Shown: in pieces, positions 39,201-51,762 of the stretch
Numbering within the stretch: position 1 is the stretch's first letter
How the letters are laid out: every line of letters begins with the position of its first letter
Source: the human T2T-CHM13v2.0 reference genome, Homo sapiens
Strand: one strand, 5' to 3'
NCBI RefSeq assembly: GCF_009914755.1
Contig: NC_060926.1
Length of the DNA stretch: 64,000 nt
Position numbers and translations under genes: made by a program
The notes under the pieces: model-generated
Told to the model about the DNA's origin: nothing
Databases searched by the model: none
What the model saw: the letters and a program-made list of their open reading frames with translations, nothing else

Positions 39201-40159
39201 TTCAGGTATTCTTGTTACCTTAGACCAAAGAGATGTTGACTCTGAAGTCTTTTCTGTTATTTTCAGGCTTAGATGATATTACCACTAAGCTCAAAGGACC
39301 CTCCTTTATCACTAGGTTTGAGCTGAACATTGAAAATGGGATTTAATGAAACATGAGCAAATATTGGTTGTTTCAATTCTAATAAAACATTTAAAAGAAC
39401 TAATAAATGTTAGGTAATTGTTGAATGCTAATCTAAAATTGCTACTACCAGTTTTATTTTATAGTTGGAACTCAGCAGGAGGGGGTATATATTTTTTACA
39501 TTATTTATCAAATATTGTTATGAGAGGCATGAAGGTGTTTTACCTACTGCACATTCATAAGAATGTAATTATAGTTAATATATTAATGATACTAGAAATA
39601 TAAAGAAAATAATTTTAGAGCCAGAGAGCAAATTATATGGTACTCTGGAATTTCCTTCCAGATGTTACTGGCTTCACATTTTAACTATTATTCCTATGTA
39701 CATGAAGGAAACCCTATTGAGAAATGAGAAGCTCACATAATGACTTTTATTTTAATTCTGATTCTTTTAATTTTTTCCCCCATAGGATACTGTTATGTAG
39801 ATATTAGGATTTAGAGAGAAATGGGTAAATATAAGTTTGCAAAGGCTAATGGGGTGAGTGTGACCCAGTCCTATTTTATGCAAACAGTGACTTTGGAACC
39901 AAAAGACCTAAGTTGAGGCTTGAATTGGTCTAAATTCTACCATGTCCTTAAGAATCAGGGCCATGTTTTTGATGTCTGTCCACAAAACTTAATACTGTGT
40001 TTGGGGCATAGTTTTTATTTCATCCAGAAAAGAATGCCCTGATACCTCTCTGCTTCCAGAAGATTCTGCTCTAATCTCTAATGCAGCAATTAATTTGCTG
40101 CATATACTCATAATTAATATGAATACTCATATAGTGAATATATATATATATAATGGATT

Positions 40160-40410
40160 AAGTCTCATTTAATCTTCAGAAAAAGTGAACATATGTGTGT
40201 GTGTACATATATATATACATATATATATACACATATATATATGTATATATATATACACATATATATATACATATATATATATAAACTATTATTATTACAA
40301 TTCTTACATTGGCAATTGCTTAAGGTCACACAGCTAGTAAATGGAGAGCCCAGGATCTGAAGCCAGGCAGTACAAGTAAGTCTGTAGGTCCCTGTAGTCA
40401 CCATGGCCCA
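40160..40410 (-). mobile_element. MIR split by a TA/CA/TG microsatellite (40190-40282)
   Basis: tctcatttaatcttca before the repeat; ttgcttaaggtcacacagctagtaaatggagagcccaggatctgaagccaggcagt after it. Confidence 0.75.
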
Positions 40411-42511
40411 CTGCCTCTTATCTTGGGTCAACCCTTTCACCCTTCCCAGTCATAGCAAATGTAATTCTCCTCTCCATGAAGAAGTTCCTGTCTAAATGGT
40501 TGAGGTCAAAGTCTGATGCCAGGCTAAGTCTCACACTGGCCAGGGTAGAATGCCATGGGACCTTAAACTGAGAACATTCTCCTAGAGGGACTTGGCCAGA
40601 GAGATCTGCTGGAGTATCTCTTTTAGGATTTGCTTGCATTTGTCCTTCCTGGTACTGTGACTTTATGGGTTTGCTTTCATTTGTTCATAATTTGGATTTT
40701 TTTTAAATGTGTTTGGTTTTTTGTTTGCTTGTTTTGTTTTGTTTTTGTCCAAACCTTTTGAAATTCAGAGCTAGCCTTTTAAAAGGCTATTAACTATTTC
40801 TCCATTACAGAGAGATGAGTGCTTTCTGAATACCATAGTTGAAGACTACAATATTTTTTGGTAGAATTAGGCCAGAATAATTTCCTACATTATGGCTTGC
40901 TTTATTGAAAACATGGACATGCATGTGCGTTTTCTATTTTACGGCTACCTCAAATAATATTTAATTGAGATTGAATCAACTAGTCTATTTAGGCTCCATC
41001 ACTCCAATATGTGAAGATAATGGTGAAAAATTAGTGACGTGGCACTGTGTCTAAATTAAAACACCTGGTTGATCAAATATTTGACATTCTATCTCTCAGT
41101 TTCTTATTGTTGCAGTGTGTCCTTAAGAAACTGAGGGAAGTCTATGAAAGCAAAGGACAGGCCTAGCTTCAGGAGAGGTAGAAGCCTTCATACAATTCTG
41201 AATAGAAACTGTTTGTATATAACCAAAATTATTCAGAGTCCTAACATTTTATTTTAGCAAAGAAATTTTATCTCTCTCTTGTTGTGAAGCTTTGATGTCA
41301 GCTGCTAGTAAATACTGCAAGCAACTGTTAACTTTGCTATAATAAATGCAAGGGTTTTTTTTCTTTTATTCATTGCCTTAGTGAATTTAACAAAAGGTGA
41401 GTAGAAAATGGCAATAAAGGGAAGGACAAAAAGGCCAATGGCCTAAAAACTGAGAGGACAACACCTAAATAATTAAGATGCCTCTGTCTCTCTTGAGACC
41501 CATGCCCACAGTTAATTTATTAGAAATTGCATTTAATACCAGGATTGGCAACTTAAGTTGTGAACTCTTTAACTCCTCTCCAGTAAAGTGTAAATCAAGT
41601 CAACAATTCATGAAATAGTTCCTTTAAAATGACAGCAGATAAGGCTTTTCCTAATAATGAAATAGAGAATGTTAAGAAGTTCTAAAAAGTTTCAAATGGA
41701 GAAGCTAAGTAAAAAAGGATTAGTGGCTCTGTCAATCTGAGAGGTGGTGGAGGGTAATTTTGTCTTAAGCTGGAAATGTTGCTAACATCAGGAAAATTGG
41801 TATACAAAATACTATATGAGACATCTGTTAACTTGGTCAGCCAAATTAGAAAAAAAATCTTTAAAATTTCTAAATAGTCATCGCTTTTCAATGGGTATCT
41901 GTGTGGACAGCAAAATTCTATAAAATACAGTTGAAGTTCAACTGTATGAAAAGGACATTTTGGCAATAGAAAATATCTGTTGGAAAATATGGATTCTGAA
42001 ATAATGAGTAATTCATAGTTGATTTGCAGTTTGGAGATTATATAAGTATATGCAGCCGTAGGGTTAAAAAGGCTTTTTCTTCCTCATTTATTTTCTTAGA
42101 AAGTGTTATTATCCAGCCTGTTGAAATAGCAACTATGCAAATTTCTCATGCTTTATAAATGTTTTACCAAAGAATTCTCAACCAATCAATTAATTCTATT
42201 TATTTATTTTTCCTGATTGTCAGCAGATGAGTATCTAGTGAGAATGGTTCTTTTCTTCTAAGTTGGTTTGTAAAGACTGTAAATTCATTTCCTGTAGAAG
42301 ACTTTTGGAAAGGGAGAAAATAGTGAATCACATAAAAGGAATTGTTTTCTCCCCCCAAAATGTTCTTTCTCTTCTTCATAGCTGGAATCTGGAGGAGAGA
42401 AAAATATAGAATAGCTTTGGAATGAAAATTTATTTAATAAAAATTGCTTAGTAGGTATTGAAAGTATTTAGCATGCATTTGTGTTAATATTCATCTTAAA
42501 CTGTCTCCAAC

Positions 42512-42847
<336 letters not shown>

Positions 42848-42859
42848 TAGGAAGCTGAG

Positions 42860-43860
42860 ATAAAGTCTTTGAAACATAGAATCTCAATTTTAGAAGGAAC
42901 ATTTGAGAGTCATCAACATATAGATGACCTTTAAAGTTAAGGAAAATGGATATATGTAGCAAAAATAACACACACAAAGTTCTATGGCATCCACCACTAC
43001 AAGGTTGGGAAGAGGAAGAACAGCTAAAAAAGCATCTGAAAAAAGCAAGTAGGGAGGTGGGAGGAAACTGAAAACAGCGTGGCATCCTGGAAGCTAAGTG
43101 AGAAAAGTGCTCTCAGATCAAACATGATAGAAACTGAGAGTTCGGCACTGGATTTAGCAATATGGAGACAATGGGTGATTCGAAGAAAGGCAGCGTCAGC
43201 GATGTTTCTAGTAAAATGTCCATACAAGTAGGCTTGAGAGAGAATGAGAGTAGAAAAATTGGTGACAGGAAATTTGAACAACCCTTATGAGGAACGTTGC
43301 TGGAAAAGGGAGTGGAGTGAGGGGGCAGTAGATGGAAAGGGAAGGAGAGTATATAGAGAGATTAAGATGGAATAAATAGCATGTTTATACAAAGGCAGGA
43401 GTGAGCAGAGAGAAAAACAGATGTTGTAAGGAAAGGATAATTGACGGGATGATACATGAGGGTGAGAGAAGACTGAGTCTAGTATATAAATGGAGAGGTT
43501 GAATTTAGACAGAAACGCTGGTTTAAAATACAGCTATGCCTATGCCTATCTGTATCTCTATCACTCTAACTATCTACATGTTAACGTCCATCACACATAC
43601 ATACATTAATAGTAACTAAGGGCAAACTATATGATTTCAGTTGTTGGTAGGTGAGTGGATGTGATAATCGGAATTTGTCTCTTCTTACTGCTTCAGGTTT
43701 CTCAATGAAACGGGAAGCCCAATGATTAGCTAAGTGTAGGATCAGGGAATAAATGTTGGAGTATTGTATAGAGAGAAGGATACAATAATCTGGGAGGGTG
43801 GGATGAGATAAACAGAGCACGTTTGCCTGATAACATTGAGGTTAGATGTGTTGTTTATGA
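42860..43860 (-). mobile_element. L2 LINE fragment
   Basis: atttgagagtcatcaacatatagatgacctttaaag, gtggcatcctggaagctaagtgagaaaagtg, cactggatttagcaatatggaga, ttactgcttcaggtttctcaatgaa. Confidence 0.75.
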
Positions 43861-44129
43861 ACTTAAGGCAAGAACAAGTAGCAGGTTATATGTTTCTCTC
43901 AAGCCCTAGGAAGGCATAGAGTAGGAAAAGAATTGGATTGATGCACTCTTGTGGTTTTCCAGAGAGTATAATAAAGCAGCAAGCGGGGCAAGGGAGTTGG
44001 GATTGTAAACAAGGAAATGATTACACTGATTGACCTTGGAAATCAAGCTGGTAAGGACTGATGTGATCCCCTGAAACATTTTCCAAAATGGTCTCCTTGA
44101 CTGCTTCCTCCTCTTCCCCTCTATCCTCT

Positions 44130-44620
44130 ATGCTGCCATAAATTATCTGTTCTATATAGTGCAGAATATATCATCCGTCTCTTTTTCTTAGGAGATACTG
44201 TAAACTTCTTAGCATTACATTAAATTCCAGCTTCAGCTCGCACCTTGCTTATATCTCAGTCTAGTCTCATCATTACCCAATCATGGCATGTCCTTTTAAA
44301 CATGTTATTTTGTTATATTGTTCTCTTTACTGAAAAGTTTCTAGCCCATATTCATCCTGAAAAATCCAAAAGGAATTTATCACTTTGAACAAATTTTCTC
44401 AATTTTTTTTTTCAAGGCACAGATTATTCTTCTTCCTTTATGCCCATTGCATCTGGTAAATACATTTTAAGACACTTTAACACTGCGTAGTAAACATCTA
44501 GTGACATGTCTGAATCATTAGATTTAAAGCTGCAGACTGGATATTATTCATATGTTTTATTCCTGTGGCTCCAAAAATTCTTGGCTTATAATTATCAGTA
44601 GGTATTTTTAATGAATAAAT
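44130..44620 (+). mobile_element. L2 3' fragment (degenerate)
   Basis: aaacttcttagcatt ... cattagatttaaagct ... cttggctta ... gtaggtatttttaatgaataaat. Confidence 0.55.
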
Positions 44621-45074
44621 ACTTAAAGAAGCAGACTAAAATGGAGCCATATGGTGTTGTCTAGTGACCTTCAGCCTTGGGTAAAAAATGGAGGAGTTCT
44701 GATTTAATATGATAGATATAGATCTTAACTCAAAAAAGAAACTATGAAATATAAGGTACAAATATGGCAGCTCTGCTTTGGAAGTATTGTGCCATACTGT
44801 CTAACAGGGAGAAGTAGGAGGGTGTCAATTCTAAAGGCAACTACAATAGACCTGAGAAGTTATTGGAGAACTATGTCTGTGGCCTAACGAATACAAACAC
44901 ACACATCATCCTTGCAGCTATGATCACTGTAAGTTGCTGTCATCCCCTCATTCAATGGGATTTGTGCTTTTCCCTAGATTGCATTAGCATTAGGGTACGT
45001 TGTTGCCCTTTAGCATTTGTGTATATGATTGTCTGCTTACTTGGTGAAATGCACAGTTTCTTTTGGTGAAGTGT

Positions 45075-45200
45075 CTCCCGTCTACTGTGCCTCAGTTTCC
45101 CTTGACAAAAAGTGGTGGTGATGATTTTTAGTTCTGTCTACTTACAAATGCTGGGAAATATAAGTCAACAGATGGATATGAATGTCTTTGAAAGTGCCAA
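45075..45200 (+). mobile_element. MIR core fragment
   Basis: ctgtgcctcagtttcccttgacaaaaagtgg ... gatggatatgaatgtctttgaaa. Confidence 0.6.
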
Positions 45201-46399
45201 AAATACAAGGAATTATTGTCTGAAACAAGAAAGAAAATCTGAAATATTCGTTGTGTTGTGAGAAATGGAGAGTTAGGAACACACTGCCTTCATCTACTTA
45301 ATAAATAAATGCTAATTTAATAAACAAAGCAAATAGTTATGTCAAATCTTTTACATTAGTCCAAAAAATACACTCAAAGGGAAAATGAATAACTTTAAGC
45401 TTTAGCTATTGAATAACTATGGAGAATCTGGCAACAGCACTAATGATTGGAATGTTCCCACAATATCAGTCATGGTGTTTTTATTTTTAATTTAATTTTT
45501 TCATGGTATATGAAGCAGTGAGCTAACAACATAGTGAAGGTTTTTCTCAAATAAGGGAGAGTTTTTAGGCTTTGAAAGAAATTAGATTACCACACAGAGT
45601 TTAAATAACCTAGGCAAAACTTAAATCAGAGAGAAAGGAAGCAAAGTTCAGAGAGGGTAAATGGATGTTTTCAAAAGCTGGAGAATTGATAAGAAAAGGG
45701 AGTAACACAAATGCGCTAAATTACCCAAGCAAATTCATTCAGCATTCTAGGCCTGAAAGGTCTAAAAGAAAACATAGCTATCTGAAAAGCAACCAGTGTG
45801 TCCGGGTGGCTTCTGTCACTAGGCTCATCATTAGGGTGTTATGTGTGGTAATTGCAGGCTAAACTTTTGTGTGCTAGTTGAAAGAGCTGTGACCAACTAT
45901 AGTTTTCAACCTATAGTATAGTTGTTTGGGGACTTCTCACTATGTCTGACATGTATTTGAGTGAAGTCCTTGATTATGTGTCTGGCATGTTGCATTTTCA
46001 ATCTCGTCTTCTAATTCGCCTTTTATATTGGTATATATCTGAAAAAAGTAAGAGGTAAAGCAAGGAAGAGGAAGGAGTGCTTTCTTCTCTAAACTAAATA
46101 AAATGTTTAATACAGATAAGAAAAGACACCTAGCAAAATAAATATCTAAGGGGGTTGGTTCTAATTAGGAAATGATGTTTGGAGGTTATTGTAAATAAAA
46201 ACATTAAGTTGGAAATCATATAGACACATGATTTAAAAAATACACTCATTTTCCTGTGTAAAAGCTTCAGAGAATTTGATGTCATTTGATGTAAGAGGAG
46301 GGAGAATTTATAAACTGCAGGGATTTTCAATTACAAACCTGAGGAATTCTACCTCCCACATGCTGTAACTCTATATCGTAAAAGAGATTACGCCTAAAT

Positions 46400-46757
46400 T
46401 ACTAACTAAATGCTCGTGTGCCAAAGATGGCCTACAAGCATGGCACATTTGATAATTACAGTGTCTTAAAAAATGTTGAGTGGATTGCCAAGACTTAAAA
46501 GTTGAGAGATTTTACATTTAAAACAAATCTAAATTTCCAGAAAAAAAAAAAAGAAATCTCAAGAGCTGGCAACACCGACCACACATTGCTCCCGGGCAGC
46601 AAGTAAGTGGATTTCATAATAGTTGATCCTTTACATGAGGCATCCATTTCCTTGATCTCTTAGATTGTCCTCATTCCCTCTTTGTCTTATAAGGTGCTGA
46701 CTTCGCTCATTTAAGTTCCCAGACTGGCACCTGTTAGCATCTGAGATTGAAACCTTG
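46400..46757 (-). mobile_element. MER102 hAT element
   Basis: cagtgtcttaaaaaatgttgagtggattgccaa, gagagattttacat, gagctggcaacacc, acttcgctcattta, tagcatctgagattgaaaccttg. Confidence 0.7.
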
Positions 46758-47834
46758 TCCTTAATGGGATCATGACCTCCTTTGACAAAACTTGACTTTA
46801 AATCACATGCTGCTATGTTAAAACTTGTAGCGTATAATGAGGGGCCTGTGCAGCTGCAGAAATAAAAGCAAGATGTTACGTGTCAATTGTAATTGACACC
46901 TGCCAAAAAAGTGTGACTTAGTTTTTTAATCATATCAATTGAGTTATTCCTTAGGTAGAAATGAGGAGGTTAATACAGATTATTTAATGAAAAATTGTTT
47001 GTATTGATTAAAACAAAGGCTAACTTGAAAGTAGATCAGCATTTTGTAGTAAGAAAGATGATCATTTAGACATAAGGATTGGGAAGCTAATAGAAATGGT
47101 TATATGTAAACAAAGAAAACAGAAAAATAAATTTTTAAAAGCACCTACATCAAAACCTAGACACAATGGTTTCAAACAAAAGACATAGATTTAAAAACTG
47201 CCACAATACTATTTCTAAATAAAATCAAGCCGATTTTTAGAAATATAAAATGATCATATGTTATTTTTCCCATTTGAACCAGATTTCTCGGATTAAATTG
47301 CTATTTAAGTTGAATTTGATAAAGATAAAATCCATAAATGCATGCAGAATATATTCATAACAATATTGCACCTTGAGGATAAAGTAGATGAAGTAGATAA
47401 TATGATATTTTTTATTGGACCAATAAATAAAAGACAATTCTCGAGCCCCAGAGTCTCAAGTACATTTTCACTTTAAATGAACACACTCATGAAGCATTTT
47501 ATTGCAACAATTTCTTGTGGGAATATATAGGTAAACGGCTGCAAGAATGTGAAAGTGCATTGTAAATTGTAAAGCTCTATTTAAATATTCTTCATGTTTT
47601 TAGCATAGAACTGGACCTTGTTATGTCTTCTCTGTGCCCAGATTAACCTCTATTTTACAGAATTAAAATAAACTGCAAGAGAAAGGACCGGTAAATATTC
47701 CATCACATGGAGATTAGACTTACAGTATGACAAAATCGTTGATTTAGCAGCAATATGAATAAATATAATTATATACTCATAATGGCAATTTGCATAATTA
47801 TTATACAGTTATACTTTCAATTACATGATTGTAA

Positions 47835-48070
47835 TACTAATAGCTAACATGTATTGAGTGCTTACTATGTGCCAGTAAGGACTTTGCCTGTATTAACTAA
47901 TTTAATCTTCACACCAATCCTAAGAGTTTGAAACCATTATTATTTGCATTTAAAGAAGGGGAAATTGAGACAGGGAGGTTAAGTAAATTCTTTGAGATCA
48001 CACAGTTAGAAGTTGGCAGAGTTGGGATTTGAACCTAACCAATCTGGTTCCAGAGCCTGTGCTCAATTAG
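47835..48070 (-). mobile_element. MIR SINE
   Basis: taatagctaacatgtattgagtgcttactatgtgccag ... ggaaattgagacagggaggttaagtaa ... gttggcagagttgggatttgaacct. Confidence 0.88.
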
Positions 48071-48737
48071 ATGGAAAATTTCAGGGCAAGGGGCAAAGAC
48101 TTAACACTATGATTAATTTGTGTTCAGTCTCACTCAAGGATTATAACTTTGAAAAACTCCTTAATTTATCTGCATCAGGGTTGTGTCTTCAGTGATAATA
48201 AAAGCAAGTTCTTAGGTATGCAATAAATGTTAATTAAATTACATAGAAAACATGTAACTCTATATATGAATCTGTATGTCCAAGAATAGGGGGTCAGATA
48301 TTGTTACTATTATAGCTTATTAACAATGTTCACATGGTTATTAATAATAATAATTGGTTGGCATCTAGCATAGTGATTTACAAATGAAAAGGTAATTAAC
48401 TTTCACAAAAAAATTGTAGGAAAGGAGAGGTTAAATGTCCTTCTTATCTGTAAGATCTGGCCAAAAGTTATCATAGTGTTATAGAGTCTAAATAAAATGC
48501 TGGCTAACACCTTTTATGGTAGTTGGGCAAAATGTGGTTACTTGCCCAACTGTACATGAAGGTAATGGCCTTGCAGATTTTGCCCATGCCACAAAAGTAG
48601 CAGAGCAGCACAGTGTGGATCACTTGGTGGATACTGTGGGTAGAAGTGTCTGGTGACATCCACAGAGAATAGGGCAATCTTCCCCATGTCCCCATACAGG
48701 TATAGAAATTGAAGGAGGCATGCAGGGAGAGAGAAAG

Positions 48738-48741
<4 letters not shown>

Positions 48742-48777
<36 letters not shown>
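48742..48777. repeat. (AG)18 microsatellite
   Basis: Perfect AG dinucleotide run. Confidence 0.95.
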
Positions 48778-48779
<2 letters not shown>

Positions 48780-49582
48780 TTAGCCCAAAGATATATCAAA
48801 TTTATCATGAGAGAAGGCACACACAGTTTTGTAGTATGCACCAAGTGATCAAGGACAAAGGGAGTATGGAACATTTGAGTAAAAACTAGAGCACCAGTGA
48901 ATGAGGAATGGGGATTTCAAAAGGTGTCAGCAGAAAACAAATGCCTCAGCCCAAGGTCTGCCCTCTAATTGATGCCATATGAGATCCTCTGAACAATACG
49001 TGTTATAGTAGAGGAAGGGGAATACAACATGATTTGGATGCATTCTAACCTAAACGAAAAGAGAACGAACACTGACGTTATTGGATTTACCAGAAACTGA
49101 TTAGGTTACAGGGTCTGTCATCAGGTTTCATGGAATCTTCAACATTTAATTCTTGACATACGTAATGGTAAATCCCTTGGAAATTATAGATACGGTAGGT
49201 ATAATAGTATAGGTCTAATTAGAAAATCTGAGTAAATCAGCATGAAATGATTAGATCTAAAAATAAGAATGTTGTGCATGACACATTATAAAAGTAAATA
49301 TAATTTGTACAAAGCAAGGAAAAATATAGAAACACATTAATATTAACAAAAATATATAACATATATATATGTTGTATATCCGTAGGTATAACATATCCCT
49401 AGGGATATATATGTTATAAAACTAATCAAGAACACAGGATCCATATGAAGATAACTACTGCATTTTTATTGAGAGATTGAAAATTAAGTATATGAAAAAG
49501 ATGTCTATGCTTTTATATGGAAAGACCATGATATCAAATCTTGTTAGTTTTGAATCAATTCATTTCAATTAAAAATAATTTA

Positions 49583-49890
<308 letters not shown>

Positions 49891-49942
49891 ACTTTTATCT
49901 ATTGGCGAAAATGTCCCCAATTTTATTTAAAAATAATGAGTA

Positions 49943-50250
49943 GGCCGGACATGGTGGCTCACACCTGTAATCCCAGCACTTTGGGAGGCTGAGGCCGGGG
50001 GATCACCTGAGGTCAGGAGTTCAAGATCAGCCTGGCCAACATGGTAAAACCCCGTCTCTACTAAAAATACAAAAATTAGCCGGGCGTGGTGGCGGGCACC
50101 TGTAATCTCAGCTACTCGGGACATGGAGGCAGGAGAAGGGCTTGGGCCGGGGAGGCGGAGGTTTCAGTGAGCTGAGATCCAGCCAGTGCACTCCAACCTG
50201 GGAGACTGGGCGAGTCTCTGTCTCAAAAATAAATAAATAAATAAATAAAA
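49943..50250 (+). mobile_element. AluSx-like SINE
   Basis: ggatcacctgaggtcaggagttcaagatcagcctggccaacatggtaaaaccccg; (TAAA)n tail; degenerate TSD aaaaataatgagta / aaaaataattgggta. Confidence 0.95.
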
Positions 50251-51434
50251 ATAATTGGGTAATATAAACAATGGAATTCTGAAGATAAAAGATAATTAGT
50301 ACAGGAATCTTATTACAAACTACTAAAATATATACTAAATGATAACAATAATTATCACAGTGAAGAAGTGGTTCTGGAACAAAAAAAAAGAATGTCTATA
50401 GAATAGAGAAGAAAGGTCAGAAACACAAACTCACGTACGTATGTGTGCATATGTGTGTGTGGGTATGTGGGTATACACCATTTATATACATAATATATGT
50501 CTGTATTCGTAGATGACAATATTATTCCAAAGTAGTGGTACAAAAATATATTTCATAAATAGTACTGAGATAATGATTAATTATCTGAAAAAATTGGATC
50601 CTTACTTTATTCCTTGAATCACAGTAATTTTGAGTTGGTTATGAGAGTTAAATATCAAAGAGTAATGCCCAGAAGAAGTAAAAAAAAAAAAAAAAGGTTG
50701 GTGTTTTTGAAGGTAAAAAGATTATCTTACAGTATGGTATTACAAATGAATAGATTGATTTATTTGACCATATAAAAATTATTCTTGTTCTGATGAACAA
50801 AGGAAAATTTCCACCATGAACAAAGAGAAAGGCAAATGACCTAATGGGGGAAATATTTGCTACGTATGTATTATATTTGGATGATATCTTTAATGTATAA
50901 AGAAGTTCTGCAACTAAGTAATGACAAAATGAATGCAATAATAGAAAAGTAGGAAAATGCATAGAAAAAAGTTCAACTTTCTTAGTAAGCAATATATTGG
51001 TTTTTGCTTTATCAAATTAACAATATTTTATGATAACATCTAGTTTGGCTAAGGATAAGAAAGGTCACTCTAATACATTGCCAGGAGCAAGGTAAATTAA
51101 TACATGCTTTCTAGAGGATAATGTGGTAATATTTTTCATAAGGCCAAAAAGAACATAGTCATTGACCCAATAATTCCATTATTTTTAAGGAACTAATCAG
51201 ACAGTTATATAAATGATTTTCATTAAAATGTTGTTTATAATAGTAAGAAAACATGAAACAATCTAAACGTCCAGTAATAGTAAAACAAATTTTAGTAAAA
51301 TTTGCACAATGGAATATCACCAAAATGAATATTGATCTTTTGACATGGAAATAAGTGTACGTGTGTGAGTGTGCAAATGTATGTGTGTGGTATAGATGTA
51401 ATTTTGTTAAGTTGATTTTAAGTAATATTGCATC

Positions 51435-51762
51435 ACACACATACACACACATACATACACATACAGAAACACACAGAGAATATAAATACACATATACATG
51501 TGTTCATTTGCATATAATTTACATATATCACATACGAGACATTTAAATATCACATACACAAATCACTATATATAAATATACATATATACACATATATATA
51601 CATACATATACATATATACACATATATATATACATACATATACATATATATACACATACATACTATAGCTGTACACACAAACATACTATAGCTGTACTCT
51701 TTTATTTGCCATGTATCCATATATTGGTATCTATGCATACATATATATATATATATATATAT
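51435..51762. repeat. compound (CA)/(TA)/(TACA) microsatellite with an internal 17-bp direct repeat
   Basis: Long catatata/tacata arrays; acatactatagctgtac at 51658-51674 and 51681-51697. Confidence 0.9.
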
